Origin: Nemertoderma westbladi
Lineage: Eukaryota; Animalia; Xenacoelomorpha
Direction: 5' to 3'
Assembly: GCA_032718475.1 (NCBI GenBank)
Contig: JAUCBJ010003208.1
Coordinates: 1 to 62,680, forward strand
Length of the DNA stretch: 62,680 nucleotides
In this document: piece by piece, positions 1-14,455 of the stretch
How the letters are laid out: every line of letters starts with the position of its first letter
Position numbering within the stretch: position 1 is the first letter of the stretch
Made by a program: the position numbers and the translations under genes
Notes under the pieces: generated by a model
Databases searched by the model: none
Seen by the model: only the letters and a program-made list of their open reading frames with translations
What the model was told of the DNA's origin: nothing

Positions 1-321
1 TTCTAAGTGCCAAAAGTGCCAAAATGGGTTCCATGGTCCCACGACCTTTACGGAACCCATTCTGATTTCCACGGAGCAGTCTATCAATGGGATCCCTGAT
101 GCGATTTAATAGAATTCTATTGTATAGCTTTGCAGCAATCGAGATCAATGAGATTCCCCGAAAAGAACCATAGAGTGTTAGGTTGCCCTTCTTTGGGAAC
201 TGGCACCAACTTATTTGTTTTCATTTCTTGTGGGACTCTTGTTGTTCGGTACATGATGGGATAGATAGTAGTATACAAGTATACACATTATGTATTTCAT
301 ATACAGTAACTTTATCGGAAA

Positions 322-440
322 CTTATAATGTGACGTCACGATATTACGGACACCCCCCCCCCCCCTCCCCCTCGTCACGAAATACCAAACTCCCACCCAC
401 CCCCCCCCCTGTCCAGCGAGACGTCATTTATAGATGGCCC
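322..440. mobile_element. Truncated Harbinger-type MITE (right end)
   Basis: Ends GACGTCATTTATAGATGGCCCC followed by TTA and contains poly-C tracts. Same style as the complete MITE at 14880. Confidence 0.5.
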
Positions 441-1312
441 CTTACACGTACGTAAATCTGCTGAATTCATACTAGTGTATGGAATGCAAAAGTGGGAAGA
501 TAAGTAGGTTGTTGTACTAAACAAACATATAGGCTAAAATTAAACGAGATGTGAAGAAATTACATTGTTCGAATGCATCCCACCAAGTTATGTAGGATTA
601 TTATGTGAAGCCTACCGGGTCATTGCCAACCATATTGACCAAGTCACGTACGGGAGAAAATAACTATTTACAACATTGGGTTGACCCGAGTTTATTTATG
701 TACCGAGCGAGCGCAGCGAGGGAGGTTTACATAAACAAACAAGGGTCTTTAACGCTGAAAAGTGACATTGATTGAATTCCAGTATGGAGTTGTTTGTTTG
801 GAAGGTTTAATTTTAATGGTTTGTTTAATCTGATTAATTAACTTATTAATTCTTTGATTTATTTGATTTATTGATTCGCCTTATCTTAATTGAAAATAAA
901 TATTACCAATAATTAAAATATAAGGGTCAATAAGCTTAAAAGTGGCCAAAAAGGGGTACAAATTGACCGAAAAATTTTTGTCGGAAATTAGTGCAAAACC
1001 ATACACCATTCGAAAGATAATTTCATGGCGAATCTTGCGATGGTAGAGGGAGAGCATGACGCGCTGCTCAAAGGGAGAAATAAGGCAAAAACTAATGTCA
1101 TATCTGTAACGTTTTTGTCTACCACTGTAACGCATTACAGTGATGACATTTATGGGACAAACGTCTGTAACGGTCATCTGTAACGGTAATTATGTTATAT
1201 GGATTTTGCAGTATTTATAACTTATTGCTTCGACAATAAGGTAATTTATTGGACAAACATCTGTAACTAACAGCGATATCTGCCCATAACAATCGCATCC
1301 ACTAAATTATAT

Positions 1313-1722
1313 GTGGGGCGAGACACGTATGGCGAGCCATCAGCGAACTGATATAATTACACTATGGCAGTTTTTCAAAAGTCTGTGTGTGTGTGTGTCA
1401 GTGTGTCGGAAGCCATAAATGTCGGAAGCCATAATCGAAGTTAATATCTTCAGCTAACTGCTAAATTGTATGGTTGAGTCATTTTGAACGGTCTCTCCAT
1501 GGAAATTAATTGTTTAGCACCATACGATTAAAGTTATTTTGCAAAGAAATTAGATATCTGGAATCCATGTACCCCATCCCATTATAGTTTTTTATTTTTT
1601 CAAGTGGTTTGCGTTAATAAATGTATTTTTAATTGATTTAAACATAATTAACATTGTAAATTCATACGCTGATTCCATCCTCCCCCATAGAGCCTAAGGC
1701 ACGGCAAGGGCAGCCGTGCCCA
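1313..1722 (+). mobile_element. Helentron/HINE-like non-autonomous element
   Basis: 5' TGGGGCGAG(A/C)CACG head shared with 43109 and 46902, a (GT)n microsatellite, and a 3' hairpin GGCACGGC-N7-GCCGTGCC (1698-1720). Confidence 0.45.
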
Positions 1723-2055
1723 ATAATATTTCTTGAAGTTTTACATTACTGCAAGCTAAAGTCTTTGACCAAGCCAGTGCCTAGGCTAGTACACAAGACA
1801 TAGTAGTCCAGTAGAAGGAATAGTGCTCTTTCAATACATCTCAACAGACATCAATTCATTTGCCTGTGCCAACCAACGCGTGCTCCATAACATAACATAT
1901 ATTCTTGATTTCCATCACCTCTCACCACAATTATTATTAGTAATTAAAAGTTTCAATTCGGTTTGTCTTTCCGTTATCTGGTTATTCAGTTATTGCATTA
2001 AATAAATGTTTTAAAATATATCTTACGAAATATGGTTAATCATTAAAACTTGTCG

Positions 2056-2592
2056 CTAACATTCTCGCTATGGGGGTTTTAAAGCGTGTTGATTACATTT
2101 CTGATGTCAGTTTTCACGTTTACATAAATCTAGTCTGTCTGTCTGTCGGTCTTTCTGTCAGTCAGTCTGTCAAAACATAAAAGAGAATTCAAATTAACTA
2201 ACATTCTCGCTATGGGGGTTTTAAGGGGTGCTGATTTCATTTCTGATGTCAGTTTACAGGTTTACATAAATCTAGTCTGTCTGTTTGTCGGTCTTTCTGT
2301 CAGTCAGTCAGTCTGTCAAAACTTAAAAAAGAATGCAAACTAACTAACATTCTCGTTATGGGGTTTTAATGGGTGCTAATTTTATTTCAGATGTCAGTTT
2401 TCACGTTTAAAAAAATCTAGTCTGTCTGGCTGTCGGTCTTTCTGTCAGTCAGTCTGTGAAAACTTAAGAAAGTATACTAACTAACCAACATTCTCGTTAT
2501 GGGGGTTTTAAGGGTTGCTGATTTATTTTTTGGTGTCAGTTTACACGTTTACATAAATCTAGTCTGTCTGTCTTTCGGTCTCTCTGTCAGTC
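2056..2592. repeat. ~140-bp tandem repeat x4 with (GTCT)n microsatellite
   Basis: AACATTCTCG(C/T)TATGGGG recurs at about 2058, 2200, 2346 and 2487. Confidence 0.85.
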
Positions 2593-5500
2593 TGAACTAC
2601 TGCACTGTGGTTGGCATTACGCCATATACCTAACACTAATAATACAGTCTACAATACAGCCTATCTACAGTACAGAATGGATTTTTTGCCACGAAGAGCA
2701 ATAAATGTCATTAATACTATCCACCAGTATACCTTCTCCAAGAGCCTTCTAATAAAACATGTATTCCAGCATGACGTGCACTGCACGTCTTCGTGCTGTC
2801 CATTGTGACGTGCAGTGGACGTCATAGGCTCTAAGGGGTTAAGCAACACGGTCCCTACTTCGCCCTGTCGACACCCCAGCCATTTTTCACCAATCCTTTT
2901 TTAGAGTTTTTTAATTTTTTTGGTATTGGTGAAAGTTCTACAACATTAGTAGATATGTTTTTTATGATAGCTAGTGTTTTTTTGCTAGCTAGTATTTTTT
3001 GAAATTATAAAAAATGTGAAAGTCCATGATATTTCAGGTTAAACTGTTGAAGAATATATTAATGACCAAAATAATTTCCAAAAATTACTAGATAGTAAAA
3101 AATACTAGCTACCATAAAAAATCTACTAAGGTTCTAGAACATTCACTAATATAAAAAAGCACTCAAAATCACAAAAAATAAAGGTTAAAAAACTCATTCG
3201 GGACTCTTTTGCTTAAGGAGTCAAAATTGTAGAAAAAATTCCCGAAGTTTACGACGTTTGCGAAATTCGCGAAGAATCCGTCAGTTTCTGTGCCCTAATG
3301 GTTTCGTGACGAAACAATAAAATCTTACACACTTAACACACACGAACTAATTTAATGTGTGTATTAGTATGCCTGAATAATTAATTAGAAATTGAATTAA
3401 TGAACGCTATTTCAACATGAAATCTACGGAATCAATACACACGCACACTACTGAATTTAACAATTTATATAGATTGCAACTTATATTTGGCTACCTTTTA
3501 ATGGGTGACTAATTTAATTATTCACCCCTATATATTTGTAGCCTTTTTAATTTGTGCCTCTAATTGAATCAAACATTAAACTATGTCACAATATTGGTCT
3601 GTCGGTAGCTATGGTCAATGATTCTCTCATAAATGTGTTAATTAGTCGCTGCTCAGTCATTGAACATTTGAACACGTGCTGCTCGAAGACCCCACAACGT
3701 GTACTTACTGTAATACACAAGATTTCAAATAAATAGATAAAGTTTTTCATTAACATTTTCCTGTGTTACCGATAATCTTGTTTTATACAATTTTTTTATC
3801 CCGTTTTAAATGTTCCCTATACCGCGCCGCTTTTATGATAGTTTAAAATACTCTGTATAACAATCACGGTCAATTTGTTCTCTGTACTTATTTAACCGCT
3901 CCCTGGCGTTTCTCTGCAACTGATTCAGAGACGTCCTTTAGAGACGTTCTTTACGAAATTAGAAATACAAATTTGTTGAAGTCAATCTATATACGTCTGT
4001 ACTGATAAACAATCTGTTATGTTTATGAAATGCCAGGTTGAGTAGCACAACTACCACTTATTGAGTGTAATAGTGTCGTATAAAAAATAGTAGTAGTATA
4101 GTATAGTATACAAGCTTGCCAGTGAGAGCTGGCAATAATGGATGGATCCTTTGCTATCAGTATTGTTGTAATAAATTACGCGCCTATGCAGGGTGTCTAA
4201 TCATGAAAAACTAAAAACAAAACATTGGGCAAAGGACAGTCTGTACAATATATTGTATGTTAAAAAAAACACTGTTTGTAGGAAATGTATCTTCTACAAT
4301 TCTAAACGAAATAAAGCGAAATTTTGTAGAAAGCACATTTTATTAATACATAAAATGTATAGGATAGAGATTGTATATACTTACAATTAATTCCTAGATT
4401 AAGATTACTTAGCACGGACCCAGAAGCTCTGGATTTATACAATTTCATATGTGAAGTGAATTTGCGCTTTACTCCCCAGAATCCACAATCACGGATAGAG
4501 ATATAGATAGAGATAAACATGAATCCGTGTTTTACTACCCTTACGGGGTCCAGTAACACTGGACAATGAAAATTAGCTTGAATTCGCATTTTGCACTCAT
4601 TTCCGGATTTCATGAAAATCCGGATCCGCGTTTTAACCTCAAAATCCGGGTACCGATCAGGATCCGCGTTTTACACTTACCCATCTTACACTACCGCATT
4701 ACCATGAGCAGTTAGGATGTCAGTAGGAAGACGAAGAACGTATCAAACGCGTAGGCATTCAAATATTGTCAGTGATGCCTTAATGTATTTCAGGGTGACC
4801 CTCCGTTACAGATAGGACTGTCATATAGATATGACTGAAAACCTACAGTCTGTAACGCATCGATAACTGGTTATATAATGCGTTACAGATGAGACATGCC
4901 CTATCTGTAACGCACTGCACTGTAACGGTGACGCGTTACAGATGGTTGACAAAAACGCTTACCACCGCCATACATCCTAGGTGTTTATTTATCACATTAA
5001 CTCTTGGGGTTAATGCGGCATAAATTCAAATTGCCTTTCCACACGTACCATTATACTTGTATGAGATTAATATTATCAAAATCTATGGCCAGATTTGTAG
5101 CGTTACAGATATGGACGTTTATGCTTTCTATATTGACTTTGTTAAACATAAATGCTTCCCAAATGAGATTACCTTACCCTTTGTATGTGATATTTGGCCT
5201 AAATATGCTAGAAACCCTGTAGATTCTAAATATATCAAAACTGTAAACCTACAGTTACTACTTCAGATTCTAGACGTAAATGTTACAGATGTGACACAAA
5301 AATTGAAAAATCCCTGCCCATTTTATGTATCGATCTCAAATGGTTCAACATGAATATTATGGCCTGAAATATAACGGAAAAGAAAGCAAAACATCTAAGC
5401 TTCCCAACAATATATAGGTTTCCTATATATTTGCCACTTGGGGTGATATAATTTACAGTTGTTTGTGGTCGTGTCACATAAGGGACAACTGATTTTCACG

Positions 5501-6766
5501 ATATTTCAGTCTTTGATGGGGCATATCTTTTGACTGCCTTTACAGATTTTGATAATTTTTAGTGCGTAAGCTGCGCAAATAAATTAGCTACAAAATAATA
5601 TATAACTTTAATAAATACGAATAAATTAAAGCATTTAAAATTATATCGTAACTTCCGGACAAACCATTGGCCACTTTTAAGCTTATTGACCCATAATCGT
5701 TTTCATGTAAATTCATTTTCAATATCACCATGTCACATACATGACATCAAAAAACTGTAATAACCACTTATTTTCAAATTAATTGTTTGATATAAAATAA
5801 CAGTTTTCAGTTGACCATATGCAACAATTATGTGTATCACATTGTTATTAACAGAAAAAAATATTTAGCCCAACTTTTCACGGCAAAGTTTCCCAGAAAT
5901 TGAAATGAGAAAGTCACTCTTATGAAAAATTTATTTTTAGTGACAGAATTTTTAAAATTTTCTCACCAGAAAACTTTCTACTTCAATCTGATATCTCTTG
6001 CCGGACACCTCCATACCACCATTAAACGACTGTTACTTCAAATTTTTAAGAATATGGACATAAAGTACGAAAGGAATATTTATAAATTTCCCATCCGTGA
6101 CAAAAAAAAATTCTAAATTTTTGCATTCCGGAACGTTTCTCCCAATAACGGTCCATTTTTGGGGTGCTTTGTGGTTTCATATGCAGAAATTATCGCTCTT
6201 TCTAACCATCACTATATGGCAAATCCTCAAAGTTAATTTCTAAATTCAACAAATTTCAAAAATCACGTACTATTGGTCATAATGGTTGGCATTGACCCAT
6301 ACACGAAAGCGGTGTCTATCACGGCGTTCGCGTCAATAGAACACGTATAGATCGGTACGTGATAAATATTTTAATATCTGTACAGTTACCTGTAATAGCG
6401 ATTGTTGGTCATTGGTGTTTGTACCGGTAACCCTAATCTGCTAGTTAAACACATGGTGTTTATGTTTAAACTAATATTCGGTAAAAGCTTAACAGTGAAA
6501 TACTGCTATTTATCAAGGTACATTGATAACAATAACACGACATTTGAACTATAGCTACTTATTATGCAGTAAATAAAATACAAAATAGACTTTATTTACC
6601 TTTCCGTCCCTCGGAGTTATTGACGTAAATAAGGAATCCGAGACGAGCGGAAAATAAAAGCTACTTTATTTTACTCTACAATATATATTTATAAAGTAAA
6701 TATAGTTTTTCTAGGATATTATTACAGTGTGGTTAAGCAATAAATATGATCGAGTGACTAACTTAC

Positions 6767-6960
6767 CTGGGGAGGGTAACAGTTCTCTCTTCCGCCTCTG
6801 TACTTCGATGGCTCGACTCCTATTAAGAGACCTCGGCTCACACAACTCGCAGTAATACTTATCCGGTATGGAGTTGCGGTTAACCCCCATACACTCGATA
6901 TGTTGCCACACGAAACACCGATCGCAGCATATCATATATCCGTCGTCGTGGGTGAATGAG
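6767..6960 (-). CDS. KMT2E: KMT2E/MLL5-like coding exon 4 (PHD finger)
   Basis: ttttag acceptor and GTAAGT donor. Encodes CSFTHDDGYMICCDRCFVWQHIECMGVNRNSIPDKYYCELCEPRSLNRSRAIEVQRRKRE, the MLL5/upSET PHD finger. Downstream (SET) exons are presumably beyond the left edge. Confidence 0.93.
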
Positions 6961-7871
6961 CTAAAAGCAAATAAACAAATCAAATAATTTAGTTTCACAT
7001 TTCCTTGGCCATCCTCCGCGCCAGTCCGACTCGGGGTGAATTACAACAGGAATTCAGTATGTAGGATTTCCATATTGCGCATCCACTGTTTTCTGTGTCA
7101 ACAAAGATAAAAAAACGCACTGCCAAAAAATATATCCACGCTGGAAATATACAATATCTCCTGTAAGAAATACAGGATCTCAATTTAATTTATTTATTAT
7201 GTCGACTTTAACAATAACTGTTGGGATATTTTTTATATTAGCATATGGACCCTGTCATATCATAGTGCAAAAGGTAATCAGTTGGAGTTCATTATTTAAT
7301 ATTTATGAATTGGAAACGGTTTCATGTGCTAGTTTTTATAAAAATGTTCAAATCTTAATTATTTTTAAATCTTAATTCAAATATTAATTAATTATTTTTT
7401 TCAACGTTTTAATATTTAGGCCCTTATGATGAAACAGTTGAGAGATGCGATTCTTCAAAACGAGCTCATTGAGGGCCGTATTGAGTCCTCTTGAATAATT
7501 GTATGGACACACCTTTCTCAATCTCCACCACTTCCTCTGCCACAAAACATCAATGCGGTCTTCAGCAATAACCTTAACTTTAACTTAACCTTAACTTTAA
7601 AGCACAATGATAATATATATATATGACATTTGTTATAGGCGCAACTTGTGTCAATATGGTTTCAATTGAAGTGAAAATAAATTCAAATAAAATTGCATTG
7701 GTTCAAAATTAATGATAAAATAAAAAGTATAAGTGTGCAGGTAGCAGCAGGTGTATACTTTTTTAATTCAGTTCATATTGTGAATAGTGATTACATTGGT
7801 TATATTAACTTAAGCAAAAAATACAAAATTTAAAGAATGTGCTCAGAGCTACATACATATACAGTAAATAG

Positions 7872-7963
7872 TAGAGTTGAAACAGAGACCTATCCGGAGA
7901 CCAAAAAATAGCCCGGAGGATCCAGAGAACAGAGATCAGTGACAGGTCTCTGTTTCAACTCTA
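7872..7963. mobile_element. 92-bp hAT-like micro-MITE in a KMT2E intron
   Basis: 20-bp TIR TAGAGTTGAAACAGAGACCT with a perfect 8-bp TSD GTAAATAG. Confidence 0.85.
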
Positions 7964-8081
7964 GTAAATAGCATACATTTATTGGAACGTCGATTATTAC
8001 AATCGGCTGAGATTGTCTGTATAAATAAAACAATTTATTTATTATAAAAATATTTAATTATCGGTACAGAAATAAACTCAC

Positions 8082-8593
8082 CAAATACATCGAGTAATTC
8101 CGGCGTCTGCATTGGGAGAGGCATTACCAGCAGCATTATTACGTTGTTTAGTGGGGGATGATTGGCCAACAGTTACGCTGGTGGCGGTTTTGTTGGGTAT
8201 CCCTGATTGGCTAACAGTCCTTGTAGGCGTCACCGATTGGTTAGTCGTTCTATTGTGTGGCCTTGGTTGGCTGACGGCTCTTAGGGGCGTCCCAGATTGG
8301 TTGACATTTCTTCCGGGAATCCCTGATTGGTTAGCAGGGGGCTCCGTTACGGGACAGGATGAGTGCGAAGGGGGCTGGAAGTGGTTGCCCAGTGCACCGT
8401 TGACTTTATAGGGGGCGCACGTCGACGTAGACCAACGCGAGGAGCCGAATTGGCGACAGACACTGGGTTGGGTCACCCGCAGGGAGGCCTTGGTTGGACG
8501 GACTTTACGAACAGGAGCCGAGGGTTTAACTTGCGGGGACGGCTGGGGAGACCCGGGGGGTGTGTAGGGCAGCTCCAATCCATAGTTGTGGTC
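8082..8593 (-). CDS. KMT2E: KMT2E/MLL5-like coding exon 3
   Basis: ccctacag acceptor. Starts DHNYGLELPYTPPGSP (HCF1-binding DHNY motif as in MLL5) and ends GITRCI-TG|GTGAGT. The phase-2 join to exon 4 restores TRCIC. Confidence 0.92.
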
Positions 8594-8650
8594 CTGTAGG
8601 GAATAGTAAACAGTAATAATTGCGCGACCCTAAGAGCAGAGCTTATAGCT

Positions 8651-9328
8651 CCTAGTAACACACACACAGCCCAGCCTAGCCTCCCTTCTAGTAACACATC
8701 ACAGCACAGCCTAGCCTCGCTTCTATTAACACACACAGCACTGCCTAGCCTCCCTTCTAGTAACACATCACAGCACAGCCTAGCCTCGCTTCTAGTAACA
8801 CACTCACAGCGCAGCCTAGCCTCCCTCCAAGTAACACGCACACAGCACAGCCTAGCCTCCCTCCAAGTAACACACACACAGCACAGCCTAGCCTCCCTTC
8901 TAGTAACACATCACAGCACAGCCTAGCCTCGCTTCTAGTAACACACTCACAGCGCAGCCTAGCCTCCCTCCAAGTAACACGCAGACAGCACAGCCTAGCC
9001 TCCCTCCAAGTAACACACACACAGCACAGCCTAGCCTCCCTTCTAGTAACACATCACAGCACAGCCTAGCCTCGCTTCTAGTAACACACACACAGCCCAG
9101 CCTAGCCTCGCTTCTAGTAACACACACACAGCACAGCCTAGCCTCCCTTCTAGTAACACACACACTGCACAGCCTAGTCTCCCTTCTAGTAACACACACA
9201 CACAGCACAGCCTAGCCTCCCTCCTAGTTACACACACACAGCGCAGCCTAGCCTCCCTCCTAGTAACACACAGACAGCGCAGCCTAGCCTCCCTTCTAGT
9301 AACACACACCCAGCACAGCCTAGCCTAG
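8651..9328. repeat. 34-36-bp minisatellite (TAGTAACACACACACAGCACAGCCTAGCCTCCCTTC)
   Basis: About 19 tandem units in KMT2E intron 2, starting about 60 bp from the acceptor. Confidence 0.95.
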
Positions 9329-11560
9329 AACACACATAGCGCAACCTAGCCTAGAACAACAAACATAGCGCAACCTAGCCTAGAACCACAAACATAGCGC
9401 AACCTAGCCTAGAACACACACATAGTGCAACCTAGCCTAGAACCACAAACATAGCGCAACCTAGCCTAGAACCACAAACATAGCGCAACCTAGCCTAGAA
9501 CACACACATAGTGCAACCTAGCCTAGAACCACAAACATAGCGCAACCTAGCATAGAACACACATAACGCAACCTAGCCTAGAACACACACATAGCGCAAC
9601 CTAGCTAGAACCACAAACATAGCGCAACCTAGCCTAGAACCACAAACATAGCGTAACCTAGCCTAGAACACACATAACGCAACCTAGCCTAGAACACACA
9701 CATAGCGCAACCTAGCCTAGAACAGAACCACAAACACATCGCAACCTAGCCTAGAACCACAAACAAGGCGCAACTTAGCCTAGAACACACACATAGCGCA
9801 ACCTAGCCTAGAACCACAAGCATAGCGTAACCTAGCCTAGAACCACAAACATAGCGCAACCTAGCCTAGAACCACAAACATATCGCAAACCTAGCCTAGA
9901 ACCACAAGCATAGCGCAGCCTAGCCTAGAACCACAAACATAGCGCAACCTAGCCTAGAACCACAAACATATCGCAAACCTAGCCTAAAACACACACATAG
10001 CGCAACCTAGCCTAGAACCACAAGCATAGCGCAACCTAGCCTAGAACACACACATAGCGCAACCTAGCCTAGAACCACAAACATAGCGCAACCTAGCCTA
10101 GAACACACACATAGCGCAACCTAGCCTAGAACCACAAACATAGCGCAACCTAGCCTAGAACCACAAACATAGCGCAACCTAGCCTAGAACACACACATAG
10201 CGCAACCTAGCCTAGAACACACACATAGCGCAACCTAGCCTAGAACACACACATAGCGCAACCTAGCCTAGAACCACAAACATAGCGCAACCTAGCCTAG
10301 AACACACATAACGCAACCTAGCCTAGAACCACAAACATAGCGCAACCTAGACTAGAACCACAAGCATAGCGCAACCTAGCCAGAACACACACATAGCGCA
10401 ACCTAGCCTAGAACAGAACCACAAACACATCGCAACCTAGCCTAGAACCACAAACAAGGCGCAACCTAGCCTAGAACACACACATAGCGCAACCTAGCCT
10501 AGAACAGAACCACAAACACATCGCAACCTAGCCTATAACCACAAACAAGGCGCAACTTAGCCTAGAACACACACATAGCGCAACCTAGCCTAGAACCACA
10601 AGCATAGCGTAACCTAGCCTAGAACCACAAACATAGCGCAACCTAGCCTAGAACCACAAACATATCGCAAACCTAGCCTAGAACCACAAGCATAGCGCAA
10701 CCTAGCCTAGAACCACAAACATAGCGCAACCTAGCCTAGAACCACAAACATATCGCAAACCTAGCCTAAAACACACACATAGCGCAACCTAGCCTAGAAC
10801 CACAAGCATAGCGCAACCTAGCCTAGAACACACACATAGCGCAACCTAGCCTAGAACCACAAACATAGCGCAACCTAGCCTAGAACACACACATAGCGCA
10901 ACCTAGCCTAGAACCACAAACATAGCACAACCTAGCCTAGAACCACAAACATAGCGCAACCTAGCCTAGAACACACACATAGCGCAACCTAGCCTAGAAC
11001 ACACACATAGCGCAACCTAGCCTAGAACACACACATAGCGCAACCTAGCCTAGAACCACAAACATAGCGCAACCTAGCCTAGAACACACATAACGCAACC
11101 TAGCCTAGAACCACAAACATAGCGCAACCTAGCCTAGAACCACAAGCATAGCGCAACCTAGCCAGAACACACACATAGCGCAACCTAGCCTAGAACAGAA
11201 CCACAAACACATCGCAACCTAGCCTAGAACCACAAACAAGGCGCAACCTAGCCTAGAACACACACATAGCGCAACATAGCCTAGAACCACAAGCATAGCG
11301 CAACCTAGCCTAGAACCACAAACATAGCGCAACCTAGCCTAGAACCACAAACATATCGCAAACCTAGCCTAGAACCACAAGCATAGCGCAACCTAGCCTA
11401 GAACCACAAACATATCGCAAACCTAGCCTAGAACCACAAGCATAGCGCAACCTAGCCTAGAACCACACACATAGCGCAACCTAGCCTAGAACCACAAACA
11501 TAGCGCAACCTAGCCTAGAACACACACATAGCGCAACCTAGCCAAAACACACGCATACCG
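9329..11560. repeat. 29-bp minisatellite (AACCACAAACATAGCGCAACCTAGCCTAG) with a 781-bp higher-order duplication
   Basis: Direct tandem units. The variant AACAGAACCACAAACACATCGC occurs at 9721/10502 and 10412/11193 (offset 781). Confidence 0.95.
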
Positions 11561-12218
11561 CACCGGTAATATTCTTCATAAAATTTTGTAATATATATTT
11601 ATATCAATATCATTTATTTATATAAATTATAGTTTGTTAGCCTAGTGTAAGACGTCTTAGATGACCAACCCATCCTTCCACCTATCTACTATCCAGTGAT
11701 TTAGCATCAACAGCTTCATGCGCTCTCACCCCCCAGACGATTGCTCAGCGGTTTATGTCTGCACCACTAACCTGCACCGCACCACATATTGTTACCTGAA
11801 TTTAAAAAACGCGGCAGGACCTAATGCATTTACTTCTGAATAAGGAGTTCTCTAATAAAATCCGATGGGGTTTTTAATATAAAAAAAGTAATAAATATTG
11901 CAATTATAATTGAGTGGTTGCTGCTGATGGACATGCAGACATGGTGTTGCGCTTAGATACCGGTACCGGCAGTGCATGTCACATCCCATGAGTCCAGATG
12001 CGGATATACGCGGATGCGGACATTCGCCACATCCCACATCCATAAAGCTGGGTGATCCTAGATGTTATGTTGGACAATAAAGGCTCACATATTGTTTGCA
12101 ACATGTTTTCGTCATTACATTTGTATTGTGTAATATAATATATAACGCGGCTCAGATGGGCAACTGAGGAACCAACCATCACGCAGTTCTACAAACACTC
12201 TGTCCACACTGGTACTGG

Positions 12219-13368
12219 GTTTAAGTTTATATATATTACTTGAGTTTATATATATTACTTGAGTTTATATATATTACTTGAGTTTATATATATTACTTGA
12301 GTTTATATATATTACTTGAGTTTATATATATTACTTGAGTTTATATATATTACTTGAGTTTATACATATTACTTGAGTTTATATATATTACTTGAGTTAT
12401 ATATATTACTTAAGTTTATATATATTACTTGAGTTTATACATATTACTTGAGTTTATACATATTTCTTGAGTTTATATATATTACTTGAGTTTATATATA
12501 TTACTTGAGTTTATATATATTACTTGAGTTTATATATATATTACTTGAGTTTATATATATTACTTGAGTTTATATATATTACTTGAGTTTATACATATTA
12601 CTTGAGTTTATATATATTACTTGAGTTTATATATATTACTTGAGTTTATATATATTACTTGAGTTTATATATATTACTTGAGTTTATATATATTACTTGA
12701 GTTTATATATATTACTTGAGTTTATATATATTACTTGAGTGTATATATATATTACTTGAGTTTATATATATTACTTGAGTTTATACATATTACTTGAGTT
12801 TATACATATATATATTACTTGAGTTTATATATATTACTTGAGTTTATATATATTACTTGAGTTGTATATATTACTTGAGTTTATATATATATATATTACT
12901 TGAGTTTATATATATTACTTGAGTTTATATATATTACTTGAGTTTGTATATATTACTTGAGTTTATATATATTACTTGAGTTTATATATATATTACTTGA
13001 GTTTATATATATTACTTGAGTTTATATATATTACTTGAGTTTATATATATTACTTGAGTTGTATATATTACTTGAGTTTATATATATATATTACTTGAGT
13101 TTATATATATTACTTGAGTTGTATATATTACTTGAGTTTATATATATATATTACTTGAGTTTATATATATTACTTGAGTTTATATATATTACTTGAGTTT
13201 ATATATATTACTTGAGTTTATATATATATTACTTGAGTTTATATATATTACTTGAGTTTATATATATATTACTTGAGTTTATATATATTACTTGAGTTTA
13301 TATATATTACTTGAGTTTATATATATTACTTGAGTTTGTATATATTACTTGAGTTTATATATATTACT
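12219..13368. repeat. 19-bp AT-rich minisatellite (TTGAGTTTATATATATTAC)
   Basis: About 58 tandem units with a variable (TA)n. Confidence 0.97.
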
Positions 13369-13852
13369 CAGGGGTTTCAATTATATATGGAACGTTAACT
13401 ATAACTACAATTGTACTAGTTTAAGAACGTGGCATCGCGCCCGGATTGTACTGTACTGTATACTCTACTCTATACTCTATATATATATATAGTATACTCT
13501 ATCTATAATCTAGTTCTAGTATACTGACAGTATATATACTCAGCTAAGGCCTAAGGGAATGGAATTACTCTGTATATAAAAATTATATTTTTGGAAATTA
13601 AATATAATTTTAAATGATATAAATTTTTATTAAAAAAATACATAAACCAGCGGTAATTCAAGAACTTGGTAAGAACACAGTTCATTATATTAGAATCGTC
13701 TGAAACTCTAATGCCTCGCACTGCTAGACTTAAAGTAAATAGTTATATTATTCCGAAGGCACGTAGACGCGGTGGGTATATAATAGAATAGATATAGGTA
13801 ACTCACGGCTTCAACGTGTTCAGGTTAATACGCGATACTAAATAGCACTTAC

Positions 13853-13991
13853 TTCATAAGGCAGACCTCTCCTAGGAACCCGACATCCGTTTACAGGAAG
13901 AAGTCGTACAGAACATTGTTTCGTGTCGGGAACGCCCATCATAGAATCACACGGATTCTTTAGAGAGACAGCAGTTCTCACAATATTAGAA
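13853..13991 (-). CDS. KMT2E: KMT2E/MLL5-like coding exon 2
   Basis: ttttacag acceptor and GTAAGT donor. The 139-nt open exon ends ...RRGLPYE and joins in phase 0 to DHNY (compare MLL5 GLPYADHNY). Confidence 0.88.
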
Positions 13992-14455
13992 CTGTAAAAG
14001 AGAATATATATATATTACATTTACATCAAGTATGAATAAACGACGTCTTGTATGAATGTAATGTCAATATGTTACATGCATACCGGTAGGCCTACCGCAT
14101 CTATATTGTATATATACAGACGTATGATATGGTGATATTTAGAGAATAGGTGTTCTTTTAATGGAGCTAAATTTTTTCTGTACTGTACGCCAATACACAC
14201 ACGCCTATCCACCCTGGATCAATATTCCTTAAAGTGTTTGATGTTAAACACAATGCACCCGCACTGTGTACCGGTAATGCAATTTCAGTAGGCCTGCCGA
14301 CCGGTACTCGCATTTGCTTCTTAATTCAAGCTTATATAAATTGTAAATCTACAAAGATTTGGTTATAATATTGCTTTCTAAGCACTAGACTGTTATATAA
14401 TACTATTACCGGTAATTAAATCGATAATAGATGACAGTACCGCATTGGTACTCAC

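Larger units (their letters stand above)
924..5692. mobile_element. Non-autonomous TIR element with 4-bp TSD (Sola2-like)
   Basis: Perfect 26-bp TIR GGGTCAATAAGCTTAAAAGTGGCCAA. ATAA flanks both sides (920-923, 5693-5696). The TCTGTAACG/CGTTACAGA motif recurs at 1100-1270 and 4800-5290. No transposase ORF. Confidence 0.8.
617..6298. mobile_element. Old non-autonomous TIR DNA transposon (outer layer of a nest), Sola2-like GGG...CCC termini
   Basis: Left end GGGTCATTGCCAACCATATTGACCAA at 617. The reverse complement of the end at 6298 is GGGTCAATGCCAACCATTATGACCAA (imperfect TIR). Flanks TACC/ATAC do not form a clean TSD. Confidence 0.6.
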
